The translations under genes and the position numbers were made by a program. The notes under the pieces were generated by a model. The model made no database searches. It saw only the letters and a list, made by a program, of their open reading frames with translations, and had not been told where the DNA came from. Shown here piece by piece: positions 37,969 through 46,382 of a stretch of DNA of 64,000 nt (the first letter of the stretch is position 1; each line of letters begins with the position of its first letter). The stretch is from Polyangiaceae bacterium (GTDB taxonomy: Bacteria; Myxococcota_A; Polyangia; Polyangiales; Polyangiaceae): NCBI GenBank assembly GCA_965222375.1, contig CBDCTZ010000014.1, positions 736,001 through 800,000 of the forward strand. The letters run 5' to 3'.

Positions 37969-39807
37969 ATGGGACTCGTCAGCGTAGAGCGCTCAGTAGA
38001 TTGCCGCGCTTCCGCGGAGGCATTGTGGCCGCTGATCACGGACACCGAGCGCCTCAATCGCGTGATCGGTCTGTCGCGGATCGAGCTGACGCCAAACGAT
38101 GACGATACTGCTGCCCGTTACCTCGTCAAGACCGTCTCTGGGGGCTTTCCCCTGGAGTACGAAGAGCGCCCCTATGAATGGGAACGCCCGACCTTTTTCA
38201 AGGTGCGGCGGGTCGTTCGTAAAGGCCTGGTTCGGTTTCTGGAAAACACGTTCACCCTTGAGAAGCTCGAGAGTGGGACCAAGGTCAGCGTTTGCATCAC
38301 CACGCAGCCCAAGACGGGACTGATCTCGCCAATCCTGCGCCTTCAGATCTCTCGATTCCTGGGTCGGCTTCTGGACTTCGTATCCGCTGTGGATGAGCAG
38401 CTGCGCACGGATGCTGAGCCCGCGACAGCGCAGCCGGTTCAGCTATCGGAGTCGGGCTTTCAGCGAGTGGCAGAAGGTTTCTTGGACGCGCTGGATGGCG
38501 ACGAGCGCCAGGCTGGCGAGCGAGTGCTGCGCTTGGTGGAGCAAGGCTCCGACAAAGACCTCGACCGCATGCGCCCCTACGAATTGGCGGACCGCTGGAA
38601 GATGCCCCGACGCGCCGTACTCGGCGCGTGCTTGCACGCAGTGGATGCAGGTGTCTTGGAGCTGACGTGGGATCTGGTTTGTCCGAGCTGCCGCACCGCG
38701 AGCGAACGCATGCAAGCGCTCGCAGAATTGGGCGCCCATGCCCACTGTCAGCTTTGCGATCTCTCCTACGATCTGGATCTCGATCAAGCCGTAGAAGCGA
38801 CGTTTCGCCCCGCGGCTGGATTGCGCCCCGTGGACGAAGGGCCCTACTGCATCGGTGGGCCCGCGCGCACGCCCCATGTGTTGGTTCAAACCGTGCTGCC
38901 TCCCCGAGAGCAGGCGGTGCTGGCCGCGCCGACGCGAGCTGGGCGCTATCGCCTGTTCGTGCGCGGCGGTCCGGCGGCTATCCTGAAGGTGGAGCGCGGC
39001 TTGCCGGACGAAGCAAAGTTCGAGGCAGGCGGCGACGACTTGCTTCCGCCCCAGGCGGAGCTGGCGCCTGGCGGGCGAGTCCTGGTGCAAAACAACAGCG
39101 ACCGAGAGCGCCACGCCAAGATTGAAGAAGTGGACTTCCCGAGCCAAGCGGCGACCGCTCACGAGGTGAGCATGCTGTCGGAGTTTCGGCGACAGTTCGC
39201 ACGTGAAGTGCTCAAGCCCGGGCTCACTCTGCGCATCGCTCGGGTCTGCTTGTTGTTCAGTGACCTGACGGGTTCGACGGCGCTGTACACCCGAGTGGGC
39301 GACGCGAAAGCCTTCAGCATCGTGCAGGATCACTTCGAGCTACTGCGCGAGGTGATCGCCGCTCACGACGGAACGATCGTGAAGACCATTGGCGATGCCG
39401 TGATGGCGGCATTCTTGACCGAGGCGCCCGCCGTGAAGTGTGCGGTGAGCATGCACGAGAAGTTTCCGGAGTTCCGCAGCGCATCCACCACGGACCACGG
39501 ACTCACCTTGAAGATTGGTGTGCATACTGGGCCTTGCTACGTCGTGACCGCCAATGGCGTGCTGGACTACTTTGGACAGACCGTGAATGTCGCGGCACGC
39601 CTGCAGGGGGCGGCCAATGGAGGGGAGCTCGTGCTCAGTCGCGAGCTATCAGAAGTCGCGCGCAAAGAAGGTTGGTTGCCCGAAGCTGCGCCCACCGCAT
39701 CATTCGCTGCGGAGCTGAAGGGGCTCGCCAAGCCTTTGGAAGCGGTGCGGACCCGTCTGGATAGTGGCGCCGAGCGGGCAGCCGCGGCGGGCAAAGCTGC
39801 TCAATAG
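37969..39807 (+). CDS. Class III adenylate/guanylate cyclase with SRPBCC-like and DUF5939-like domains
   Basis: LFSDLTGST, VKTIGDAVMA and DYFGQTVNVAARL; CPSC..CQLC; N-terminal LWPLITDTERLN. Confidence 0.88.
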   Translation: MGLVSVERSVDCRASAEALWPLITDTERLNRVIGLSRIELTPNDDDTAARYLVKTVSGGFPLEYEERPYEWERPTFFKVRRVVRKGLVRFLENTFTLEKLESGTKVSVCITTQPKTGLISPILRLQISRFLGRLLDFVSAVDEQLRTDAEPATAQPVQLSESGFQRVAEGFLDALDGDERQAGERVLRLVEQGSDKDLDRMRPYELADRWKMPRRAVLGACLHAVDAGVLELTWDLVCPSCRTASERMQALAELGAHAHCQLCDLSYDLDLDQAVEATFRPAAGLRPVDEGPYCIGGPARTPHVLVQTVLPPREQAVLAAPTRAGRYRLFVRGGPAAILKVERGLPDEAKFEAGGDDLLPPQAELAPGGRVLVQNNSDRERHAKIEEVDFPSQAATAHEVSMLSEFRRQFAREVLKPGLTLRIARVCLLFSDLTGSTALYTRVGDAKAFSIVQDHFELLREVIAAHDGTIVKTIGDAVMAAFLTEAPAVKCAVSMHEKFPEFRSASTTDHGLTLKIGVHTGPCYVVTANGVLDYFGQTVNVAARLQGAANGGELVLSRELSEVARKEGWLPEAAPTASFAAELKGLAKPLEAVRTRLDSGAERAAAAGKAAQ

Positions 39808-39826
39808 TCGGCTCAGAACCGTGCAG

Positions 39827-41845
39827 TCAGTGCGTGGCTTGGATCCGGATCGCGCCGGTGAGCGCCATATCCTGCCCGTTGCCTTGCACGTAGATGGGGT
39901 TGTGGAAGGGCAGCAGCTGCGCGAACACAAAGTAGACCCGATTGAGCCCGACGTCCGCGTCCTTCAAGCTGGTCAACTGCTTCTTGTCGAAGTTGGAGTC
40001 GGGTCGGATGTAGCGCATGTGGTCCTTGCTCTTGAGCAGCTTGGCGAAGTGCACTTCGTCTTCGGAGTTGTAGAGCACGCGCACCCGGGAATCCTGGAAG
40101 TCCCCGTTGGTTCCCATGATCAACAAGGGGCGGTTATCGCCATCGACGAACTTGGCGACGCGGCCAAAGGCTCGGATCTCGAGGGGATCCCCCGGGTTGT
40201 AGTTTTCGATTGTGTCGCCAACGATGTACTCGATGCCTTTGTAGACGATGCGCAGATCGATGAAGTTGGAAAAGTCGTGCACCACCGTGCGCCCGCGCTG
40301 GAGTCCGTCGGCAATGCCCGTCTGCCCGTTGGCCCAAACGAACTCAGGGGCAAAGACACTTGTCGCTGGCAGTCCAATTTCCGCACTCGTGGGATCGCAG
40401 GGTCCATCGAAGCAAACCGAGTCATTGAATTTGTGGGTGTCGGAGCCACCCACGGCGATCATCGGCCAACGCCCGGTCTTGAGCATGCCCAGCCAGGAGC
40501 GCTCGATGTCACTCTCGGGCATGACCGTCTCGAGCTGGTTTTCGTCGGAGATATCGTTGACGTCGATGTTGCCGTGGTAGGCGTCGTCGTCGAATCGGTC
40601 GTGACGCATACCGCCGTTCCAAACTTCGAGCCCGTCGAAGTCCAAGCTCTGCCAGTCGTAGTGGATCCAGGGTGCGAGAGCGGTCTCGTGATTGATGATG
40701 CGCAGGCCCCCCAACTCTTTCATCAGCTTCAGCTCTGACTCGTTGCTGGCTTCGGGCCAGATCCAGCGCTCGGGGAAGATCCCGACGCCGTAGCCGACGT
40801 CGAAGTCGTAGTCCGTGGGGTTGTCCGTGTAGCCCGGCGCCAAGATCGGGTGTCCCGGCTCCGGGTTGAGGGGGATGAAGCCGAAGTGACCGTTGAACTT
40901 GTTGCTGACCTCCGAGCCCACGACGAGCAAGGTGTCTCTGACTTGCTCTACCAGCTCACGGGTGACCCGGCGACCGGTGGCGCCCTTCGCGTCGTGCTTG
41001 TCTTCGCACCAGTCGGGGAAGATCCGGCCGCACTCGGGCACCTCCCTGTCCGTGTGATCCGAGAAGATCAACCAATGCAGGCGGCCTCGGGCGGATGAAA
41101 AGCGCCGGTCGGAAAAATCCGCTCCCGAGATGCTCTTCACCTGGTTGGTCATGCGTTGGTAGTAGTCGTAGACGCTGCCCGCTTCTTCACCGCCCTCACT
41201 ATGCTTGGTGTGCACGTGCAAATCTCCGGACCACCAATGGTTCTCCCGGATGGACACCGCCCAGCGCTGCACGACCTCTTCTCCCCACTTGCCCGGATCC
41301 GTGATGCCGCAGTCGACCCAGGCGCGCCAGCGCACCACGAACTGGTAACAACCGGGATCGACGCTTTCGAGGCTCCACGCCACCTTGGCTGCCTCACGAC
41401 CCGCGCCCCCCGTGTCGTGCTCGGCCTTGCTCCCCGGCTTGAGGTTCTTGCCTCCGGCAATCTCGAGCTCGGCGCCCGGCGGTGCCTTCTCGAAGTTCCA
41501 CTCCACCTTGTCGGTTGCGCACTTCCCGATGTTGGTGCGCATGTCGTAGGTGTAGAAGGTGTCCGCTAGTGCCATCTCCGGTGGCAGCGTTGCCAGCCCG
41601 TACTCGGCTGCGTTGCTGTCCGTCGAGGTGGCGTCCGCTTCACACACCGGAGGCGGCCCGGGGACCCAGGGCGGTGCACCCGCTCCCGAGCCACCCGAGC
41701 CGGCACCGGCGCCGCTTCCACCGGAGCCGCCCGAACCACCACTGCCGGACTTGCCACCACTACCGGGACCATCGCTGGCTTCGTCACCGCCGCCGCAGCC
41801 GCTCAATGCAAGACACAGTGCCGAAAGGTAAGCGATCGCGCGCAT
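39827..41845 (-). CDS. PHP-domain (CehA/McbA-like) metallohydrolase lipoprotein
   Basis: GDLHVHTKHS, SDH, NH, EVWNG and GGSDTH motifs; LSGC lipobox. Confidence 0.8.
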   Translation of the reverse strand: MRAIAYLSALCLALSGCGGGDEASDGPGSGGKSGSGGSGGSGGSGAGAGSGGSGAGAPPWVPGPPPVCEADATSTDSNAAEYGLATLPPEMALADTFYTYDMRTNIGKCATDKVEWNFEKAPPGAELEIAGGKNLKPGSKAEHDTGGAGREAAKVAWSLESVDPGCYQFVVRWRAWVDCGITDPGKWGEEVVQRWAVSIRENHWWSGDLHVHTKHSEGGEEAGSVYDYYQRMTNQVKSISGADFSDRRFSSARGRLHWLIFSDHTDREVPECGRIFPDWCEDKHDAKGATGRRVTRELVEQVRDTLLVVGSEVSNKFNGHFGFIPLNPEPGHPILAPGYTDNPTDYDFDVGYGVGIFPERWIWPEASNESELKLMKELGGLRIINHETALAPWIHYDWQSLDFDGLEVWNGGMRHDRFDDDAYHGNIDVNDISDENQLETVMPESDIERSWLGMLKTGRWPMIAVGGSDTHKFNDSVCFDGPCDPTSAEIGLPATSVFAPEFVWANGQTGIADGLQRGRTVVHDFSNFIDLRIVYKGIEYIVGDTIENYNPGDPLEIRAFGRVAKFVDGDNRPLLIMGTNGDFQDSRVRVLYNSEDEVHFAKLLKSKDHMRYIRPDSNFDKKQLTSLKDADVGLNRVYFVFAQLLPFHNPIYVQGNGQDMALTGAIRIQATH

Positions 41846-42027
41846 CGGGCGAGTATAGCAGGGCGCGAACTAGCGGGTTGAACCCTTCGCGTGCAGCGCT
41901 GGCGTGGCCCTGCTTCGGCCCGATGCTTCGGACAGCGTGCTGCCGTCCAAGCCTGCTTTCCAAAGATTCCTGGGGCGCAAAGCTCCTCCGTGGCACTTGG
42001 TCGCAGGCGTGCGCTATGATCATCACG

Positions 42028-42606
42028 ATGAGTGAGTCGGCGAAGCGGCTTGCAACCTACGACGACCTCCTCGCACTGCCGGACGATGTACGCGGGCAGG
42101 TCGTGGCGGGCGAGGTCATCGTGTCGCCCTCGCCCACGCCACTTCACCAGTCTGTGCTGGCAGAGATCTACTCCGAACTCCGAGGGCCGTTTCAGCGGGG
42201 CCGGGGCGGCCCGGGTGGTTGGTGGTTGATCCCGGATGTGGACGTTCGTTTCGGTCCGCATGACATCTTTCGCCCTGACATTTCCGGCTGGCGGCGTGAG
42301 AGCGTTCCTGAGTTCCCCATGAAGCGCCCGGTGATCCAGCGACCCGATTGGGTGTGTGAGGGGCTATCTCCGCGGACGGCCGTGGTCGATCAGGGAATCA
42401 AGCGCAACGTGTATGCGAGTGCCGGGGTGCCCTGGTACTGGCTGGTCGAGCCGGCGAACAGATCGCTGACCGTGTTGCGGCTCTCCCCAGAGGGTTACGT
42501 GATGGAAGTCGTCGTCGGCGAAAGTGATTCCGCCCACTTGCCCCCCTTCGACGCCATCGAGTGCGAAGTCGCGCTGTTCTTTCCGCCCCCACGAGCCGAC
42601 GAGTAG
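42028..42606 (+). CDS. Uma2-family PD-(D/E)XK endonuclease
   Basis: GGPGGWW, RPDISGWRRE, PDWVCE.LSP.T and YA..GVPWYWLV.P motifs. Confidence 0.9.
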   Translation: MSESAKRLATYDDLLALPDDVRGQVVAGEVIVSPSPTPLHQSVLAEIYSELRGPFQRGRGGPGGWWLIPDVDVRFGPHDIFRPDISGWRRESVPEFPMKRPVIQRPDWVCEGLSPRTAVVDQGIKRNVYASAGVPWYWLVEPANRSLTVLRLSPEGYVMEVVVGESDSAHLPPFDAIECEVALFFPPPRADE

Positions 42607-42680
42607 TTCAAGGCGGAGCTGACGTGACCCTGCACTTCAGGCCAGGGGTCTGACTGCTGTCGTCCCCCACGCGGCGCCTG

Positions 42681-43316
42681 TCACGGTGGCGCCGGCGTGA
42701 CTTTGCACTTCAGGCCAGAAGGCGTGGTGATGGTGGTGCCGTCGAAGGTGTACGTTTCGCAGTTCGTTTCGATGCAGAGTTCCTTGGTGTCGCAGCGCAG
42801 AGTGAGCATTTCTGGGCCAAAGTCCCGTCTGCCTCCGCACGAAGTCGGGGTCACGATGGTGAGGGCGAACGCTGCCGCCTCGGGAAGGCCTGGTTTGGTA
42901 CACCTCAACGCCGCACCGTCACACTCAGCGCAGGGCGCGTCTGCCGAAAGACAGAACGACTGAGTGTTGATGGAGAGCCCGAAGGTGCACTCACACGACA
43001 TATCTCGTTGTCGGACGCAGTTGACGTTGTTGAAGGTCCTAGGACGGCATTTCTTTCCCGGATCGCAGTCCGACTCGCGGGTGCACTGGGGTCTGAAACA
43101 CCCCCGTTCGTCGTAGATGGACTCGCCCCCGCACTTGCGAAGCGAGCAGAATTGCGTGACGCATGCTGATGGGACGTTTGCGCATCCTGAGATCTGGTCC
43201 GCAAGCACGTCGCGTCCCGCATCCTTCGCCGCGCTATCTCCATCGTTGCTTGCGCAACTCGATAGCAGCAATGCGCAAATCGGTGCCCATGCGTGGACCA
43301 GTCCGGCGAGCCTCAT
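42681..43316 (-). CDS. Cys-rich lipoprotein
   Basis: LLLSSC lipobox; many Cys. Confidence 0.7.
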   Translation of the reverse strand: MRLAGLVHAWAPICALLLSSCASNDGDSAAKDAGRDVLADQISGCANVPSACVTQFCSLRKCGGESIYDERGCFRPQCTRESDCDPGKKCRPRTFNNVNCVRQRDMSCECTFGLSINTQSFCLSADAPCAECDGAALRCTKPGLPEAAAFALTIVTPTSCGGRRDFGPEMLTLRCDTKELCIETNCETYTFDGTTITTPSGLKCKVTPAPP

Positions 43317-43419
43317 GCGCTGTCAAGCATCCCACTCGAGCGTGGGGTCGTCGATGACGCTGCGCATCGCTGACGGGTGGCGGGTCGGGCCCAACAGCGC
43401 CCCAGGCGCCCAACCGCGG

Positions 43420-43564
43420 CCGATGTCTAGAGTAGTGGCCCAGCGACGCCCCAGTGATGCGACCCCAAACCAAACTAGGAAGGGATATGGGGTGGTGGAA
43501 ATGAGCTGGGCGCAGGCCAGGGCGACACGAAAACGACAGCGCCGGCGCGATAGGGGGCCAAGTC
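43420..43564 (+). repeat. Dispersed motif copy f with ~90-bp extension resembling 45255-45360
   Basis: AGAGTAGTGGCCCAGCGACGCCCCA is identical to 45206-45230; followed by GATGCGACCCCAAAC. Confidence 0.8.
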
Positions 43565-43728
43565 AGCCGCTCCGCCTGGCCCAGGGAGATGTGATGGGGT
43601 GGCTCGTGACCTGGTAGGTAGCCGCCGAGGCGTCTTTCGGATGCGGAGGGCTGCCATGGTGGCCGTTCTGCATACGGTGTTCGCTTGGGCGCCGGACGCG
43701 CGAGCGATGGCTTTGCGCGAGGCGACAG

Positions 43729-43816
43729 TGGCTGTCTCCTCATTAACGAGGTCACCGGAAACCGGGCCTCAATCAACAGACGCGCTCAAAGGCGCAGTGA
43801 TTAGAGGAGACAGCCA
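43729..43816 (+). promoter_or_regulatory. RBS-sequestering stem in the transposase leader
   Basis: TGGCTGTCTCCTC (43729-41) is the exact complement of GAGGAGACAGCCA (43804-16), which covers the SD and the A of ATG. Confidence 0.7.
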
Positions 43817-44844
43817 TGGAGCATATTGGAGTCGATCTGGGTGGAAAACAATCGCAGGTGTGTGTGCGGGCCGCGGACGAAGGAATTCTGCTGGAGAAGA
43901 GGATCGCGACCAGCAGTTTGATGTGCTTCTTTCAGCACCAGCCCAAGAGCCGAATTGTACTGGAAACGTGTTCGGAAGCATTCCGAGTCGCCGACTGGGC
44001 TCTGGAATGTGGACACGAGGTGCGTGTGGTCCCAGCAACGTTGGTGCGCAGTTTGGGGGTCGGGGCTCGAGGCATCAAGACCGACCGGCGCGATGCGCAG
44101 GTCCTCAGCGAAGTCTCGTGCCGTATCGACTTGCCATCGGTGCACATCCCGGCGGAGCAGGCTCGCGACAGACGCACGATGTGCGCAATGCGCGAGCAAC
44201 TGCTTGGTGCACGCACGGCATTGGCAAATGCAGTGCAAGGCTGGAGGCGTACGCAACTGTTGAAAATGTGCTCCGGCGAGCCCACGACCTTGCCCACACG
44301 CCTCCGCGCTGCAGCCCTCGCTCATCCCGATGGATTGCCGCAGCACGTCGAGCGTCTTTTGCAGGCCATCGAAGCTCTCAACGTGCAGATCAAGGAAGCC
44401 AACGAGGAGCTCAGGGCCCTGGCGAAGAAGGACCCAGTCTGTCAGCGTCTCATGACGGTGCCCGGTATCGGTCCGGCAACCAGCATGCGCTTTGTGGCAG
44501 CACTCGACGACAGGACACGTTTTCCGAGCGCTCACTCTGTCGAAGCCTTTCTTGGGCTGACTCCGGGCGAGAAATCCAGCGGCGATCGTCAGCAACGGCT
44601 CGGGATCACCAAGGCCGGACCGGCGATGGTGCGCACCAACTTGGTGCAGGCGGCGTGGACCTTTCGGCGTACACGGCCCAACGACCCAATGTCCAAGTGG
44701 GCAGAGCAAATCGAGCAACGCCGTGGCAAATTCATCGCTACCGTGGCGTTGGCCCGCAAACTAGCTGGCGTGCTCTTCGCGTTGTGGCGCGACGGCTCTG
44801 TATACGAGCTCAACCATCGAAAGGCAGCGCAAACCGTGGCGTAG
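43816..44844 (+). CDS. IS110-family transposase / DEDD recombinase
   Basis: IGVDLG, VLE, KTDRRDA (D-E-D-D); TVPGIG; GLTPGEKSSG (catalytic Ser region); VALARKL. Confidence 0.95.
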   Translation: MEHIGVDLGGKQSQVCVRAADEGILLEKRIATSSLMCFFQHQPKSRIVLETCSEAFRVADWALECGHEVRVVPATLVRSLGVGARGIKTDRRDAQVLSEVSCRIDLPSVHIPAEQARDRRTMCAMREQLLGARTALANAVQGWRRTQLLKMCSGEPTTLPTRLRAAALAHPDGLPQHVERLLQAIEALNVQIKEANEELRALAKKDPVCQRLMTVPGIGPATSMRFVAALDDRTRFPSAHSVEAFLGLTPGEKSSGDRQQRLGITKAGPAMVRTNLVQAAWTFRRTRPNDPMSKWAEQIEQRRGKFIATVALARKLAGVLFALWRDGSVYELNHRKAAQTVA

Positions 44845-44879
44845 AAAACCTCCAGACTCCGGCAGCCCACAAGGTTGAC

Positions 44880-45110
44880 CTGAGAAAGCCAATCAACGGC
44901 TGTCCAGAGGCGGTGAGCGCGTTACTCTCGCTCCAGGCGTCCAGCGAAAGCTGGCCACGACCTTGTCACGGCGATTGCGCCCCGCCAACGGACCTCCACC
45001 TATGCGCCATTGCGAGCGCGAATAGTCGATTCAGACAGCCCGTTCTTGGTTTCCTCGTCTTCCGACAAGCCACGACCGCGAATAGTCGATTCAGACAGCC
45101 TGAGCTGGAC
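44880..45110 (+). ncRNA. Putative bridge/seek RNA of the IS110 element (boundaries approximate)
   Basis: TACTCTCG (44923-30) is complementary to the right flank CGAGAGTA; ATAGTCGA (45022 and 45082) equals the right junction; hairpin CCAGC-GAAA-GCTGG; stem GGCTGTC/GACAGCC. Confidence 0.65.
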
Positions 45111-45200
45111 TTTCTCCCCAACCAACGCGCTGCCGACGAAGAACTCCCCTCTACCTCAGGGCGACGGACCACTTTGTTCTGGACGGACAGGCCACCCCAT

Positions 45201-45254
45201 AGTCGAGAGTAGTGGCCCAGCGACGCCCCATGGATGCGACCCCCAAAAACAACC
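45201..45254 (+). repeat. Dispersed motif copy g, interrupted by the IS110
   Basis: AGTCGAGAGTAGTGGCCC...GATGCGACCCCCAAAAAC. Confidence 0.8.
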
Positions 45255-45303
45255 GGATAAAGCTGGACAACGGGATGAGCGCAGTGGGCCCCAGTCCTCA
45301 AGG

Positions 45304-45349
45304 GCGACAGCAGAGCGACACGAATGCGACAGCAGAGCGACACGAATGC
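45304..45349. repeat. 22-bp tandem repeat, two copies
   Basis: GCGACAGCAGAGCGACACGAAT occurs twice in tandem. Confidence 0.85.
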
Positions 45350-45401
45350 CACAAAAGGGCCGCCGCCCACACTGACTGCCGCGCCGCGCGACGACTGGCG
45401 C

Positions 45402-46220
45402 CTAGATGAAGAAATCCGGCACGAGCTCGTTGTCGGGCACGTCGGCGTATTGGCTGAAATCCGTGACGCCGCGGCTGCGCAGGAACACTTCGTCGACCAA
45501 GAACTGGCCGCTGAGCTCCTTGTGGGGCGTGGTCAAGATGGCGTGGGCGGCGTCGCCCATGATGTCGGGGCGGCGGCAGCGCTTCATCGTTTCGTCGCCG
45601 CCCATCAAGTTGCCCACGGCGGCGGTGGCGATGGCGGTGCGGGGCCACAGCGCGTTGACGGCCACCTTGTTCTTGAACTCACCGGCCATCCCCAGAACGC
45701 ACATGCTCATGCCGAACTTGGCCATGGTGTAGGCCACGTGATTTTCGAACCAGTGGGTCTCCATGTTCAAGGGGGGCGAGAGGTTCAAGATGTGTGGATT
45801 GTCCGCCTTGAGCAGGTGGGGCAGGCAGAGCTTGGAGCACAGGAAGGTGCCGCGGGCGTTGACCTGGTTCATCAAGTCGTAGCGCTTCATGGGTGTGTCC
45901 AATGTGCCTGTGAGGCTGATCGCGCTGGCGTTGTTCACGCAGATGTCGATGCCGCCGAAGGTCTCCACGGTCTTGTCGACGGCCGCCTGCACCTGCTCTT
46001 CAAAGCGAATGTCCGTCACACAAGCGAGGCCCTTGCCGCCGGCTTTTTCGATCTCCTCCACTGCTGTGAACACGGTGCCCGGCAGCCGCGGATGAGGTTC
46101 GGCGGTCTTGGCGACCACCGTCACGTTGGCTCCGTCGCGCGCGGCTCGAAGCGCAATGGCGAGCCCGATGCCGCGGCTCGCGCCGGTGATGAACAAGGTT
46201 TTGCCTTTGAGCGTCGTCAT
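45402..46220 (-). CDS. SDR oxidoreductase, HSDL2-like
   Basis: TGASRGIG, PHPRLPGT, NNASAI, YTMAK and ALWPRT motifs. Confidence 0.93.
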   Translation of the reverse strand: MTTLKGKTLFITGASRGIGLAIALRAARDGANVTVVAKTAEPHPRLPGTVFTAVEEIEKAGGKGLACVTDIRFEEQVQAAVDKTVETFGGIDICVNNASAISLTGTLDTPMKRYDLMNQVNARGTFLCSKLCLPHLLKADNPHILNLSPPLNMETHWFENHVAYTMAKFGMSMCVLGMAGEFKNKVAVNALWPRTAIATAAVGNLMGGDETMKRCRRPDIMGDAAHAILTTPHKELSGQFLVDEVFLRSRGVTDFSQYADVPDNELVPDFFI

Positions 46221-46382
46221 GCGGGTCTCCTGTGCAGTGGGCCGCGGACGCTAGCGAAAATCCCCGCGGGCGTCATCGGGCGTCGCGCCCAAGGATGGGC
46301 CACGGAACGCCTGAAATCCGCGGCAATGCGCGGCGGCGGCGCTGCTTTTTCCCCATCCGCAGCCCATGGTATGGCAGCGGCC

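Larger units (their letters stand above)
43565..45204 (+). mobile_element. IS110-family insertion sequence, about 1640 bp, long 3' non-coding end
   Basis: AGTC at both junctions (43561-64 and 45201-04); excision restores GGCCAAGTCGAGAGTAG, matching the intact copy at 23849-23866; 10-bp subterminal IR ATGGGGTGGC (43594) / GCCACCCCAT (45191). Confidence 0.8.

Noticed and set aside
42028..42606. Uma2 nuclease as a defence system
   Set aside because: It stands alone with no methylase or partner gene, and such genes are common multi-copy singletons in myxobacteria.
43476..43496. Alternative IS left end at TAG|GAAGGGATATGGGGTGG
   Set aside because: It gives a 10-bp IR with IS1111-like spacing. 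However, the AGTC junction at 43561-64 restores an intact target and fits the ATAGTC guide, and 43500-43560 resembles host sequence after 45270. Not fully excluded.
45017..45100. CRISPR-like repeat-spacer-repeat (24+36+24)
   Set aside because: It lies inside the IS110 3' end and matches the element's own junction, so a bridge-RNA module explains it better.
45324..46382. N-terminal extension of the 1103-aa ORF
   Set aside because: It is the antisense shadow of the SDR gene; the S46 peptidase begins near 46383.
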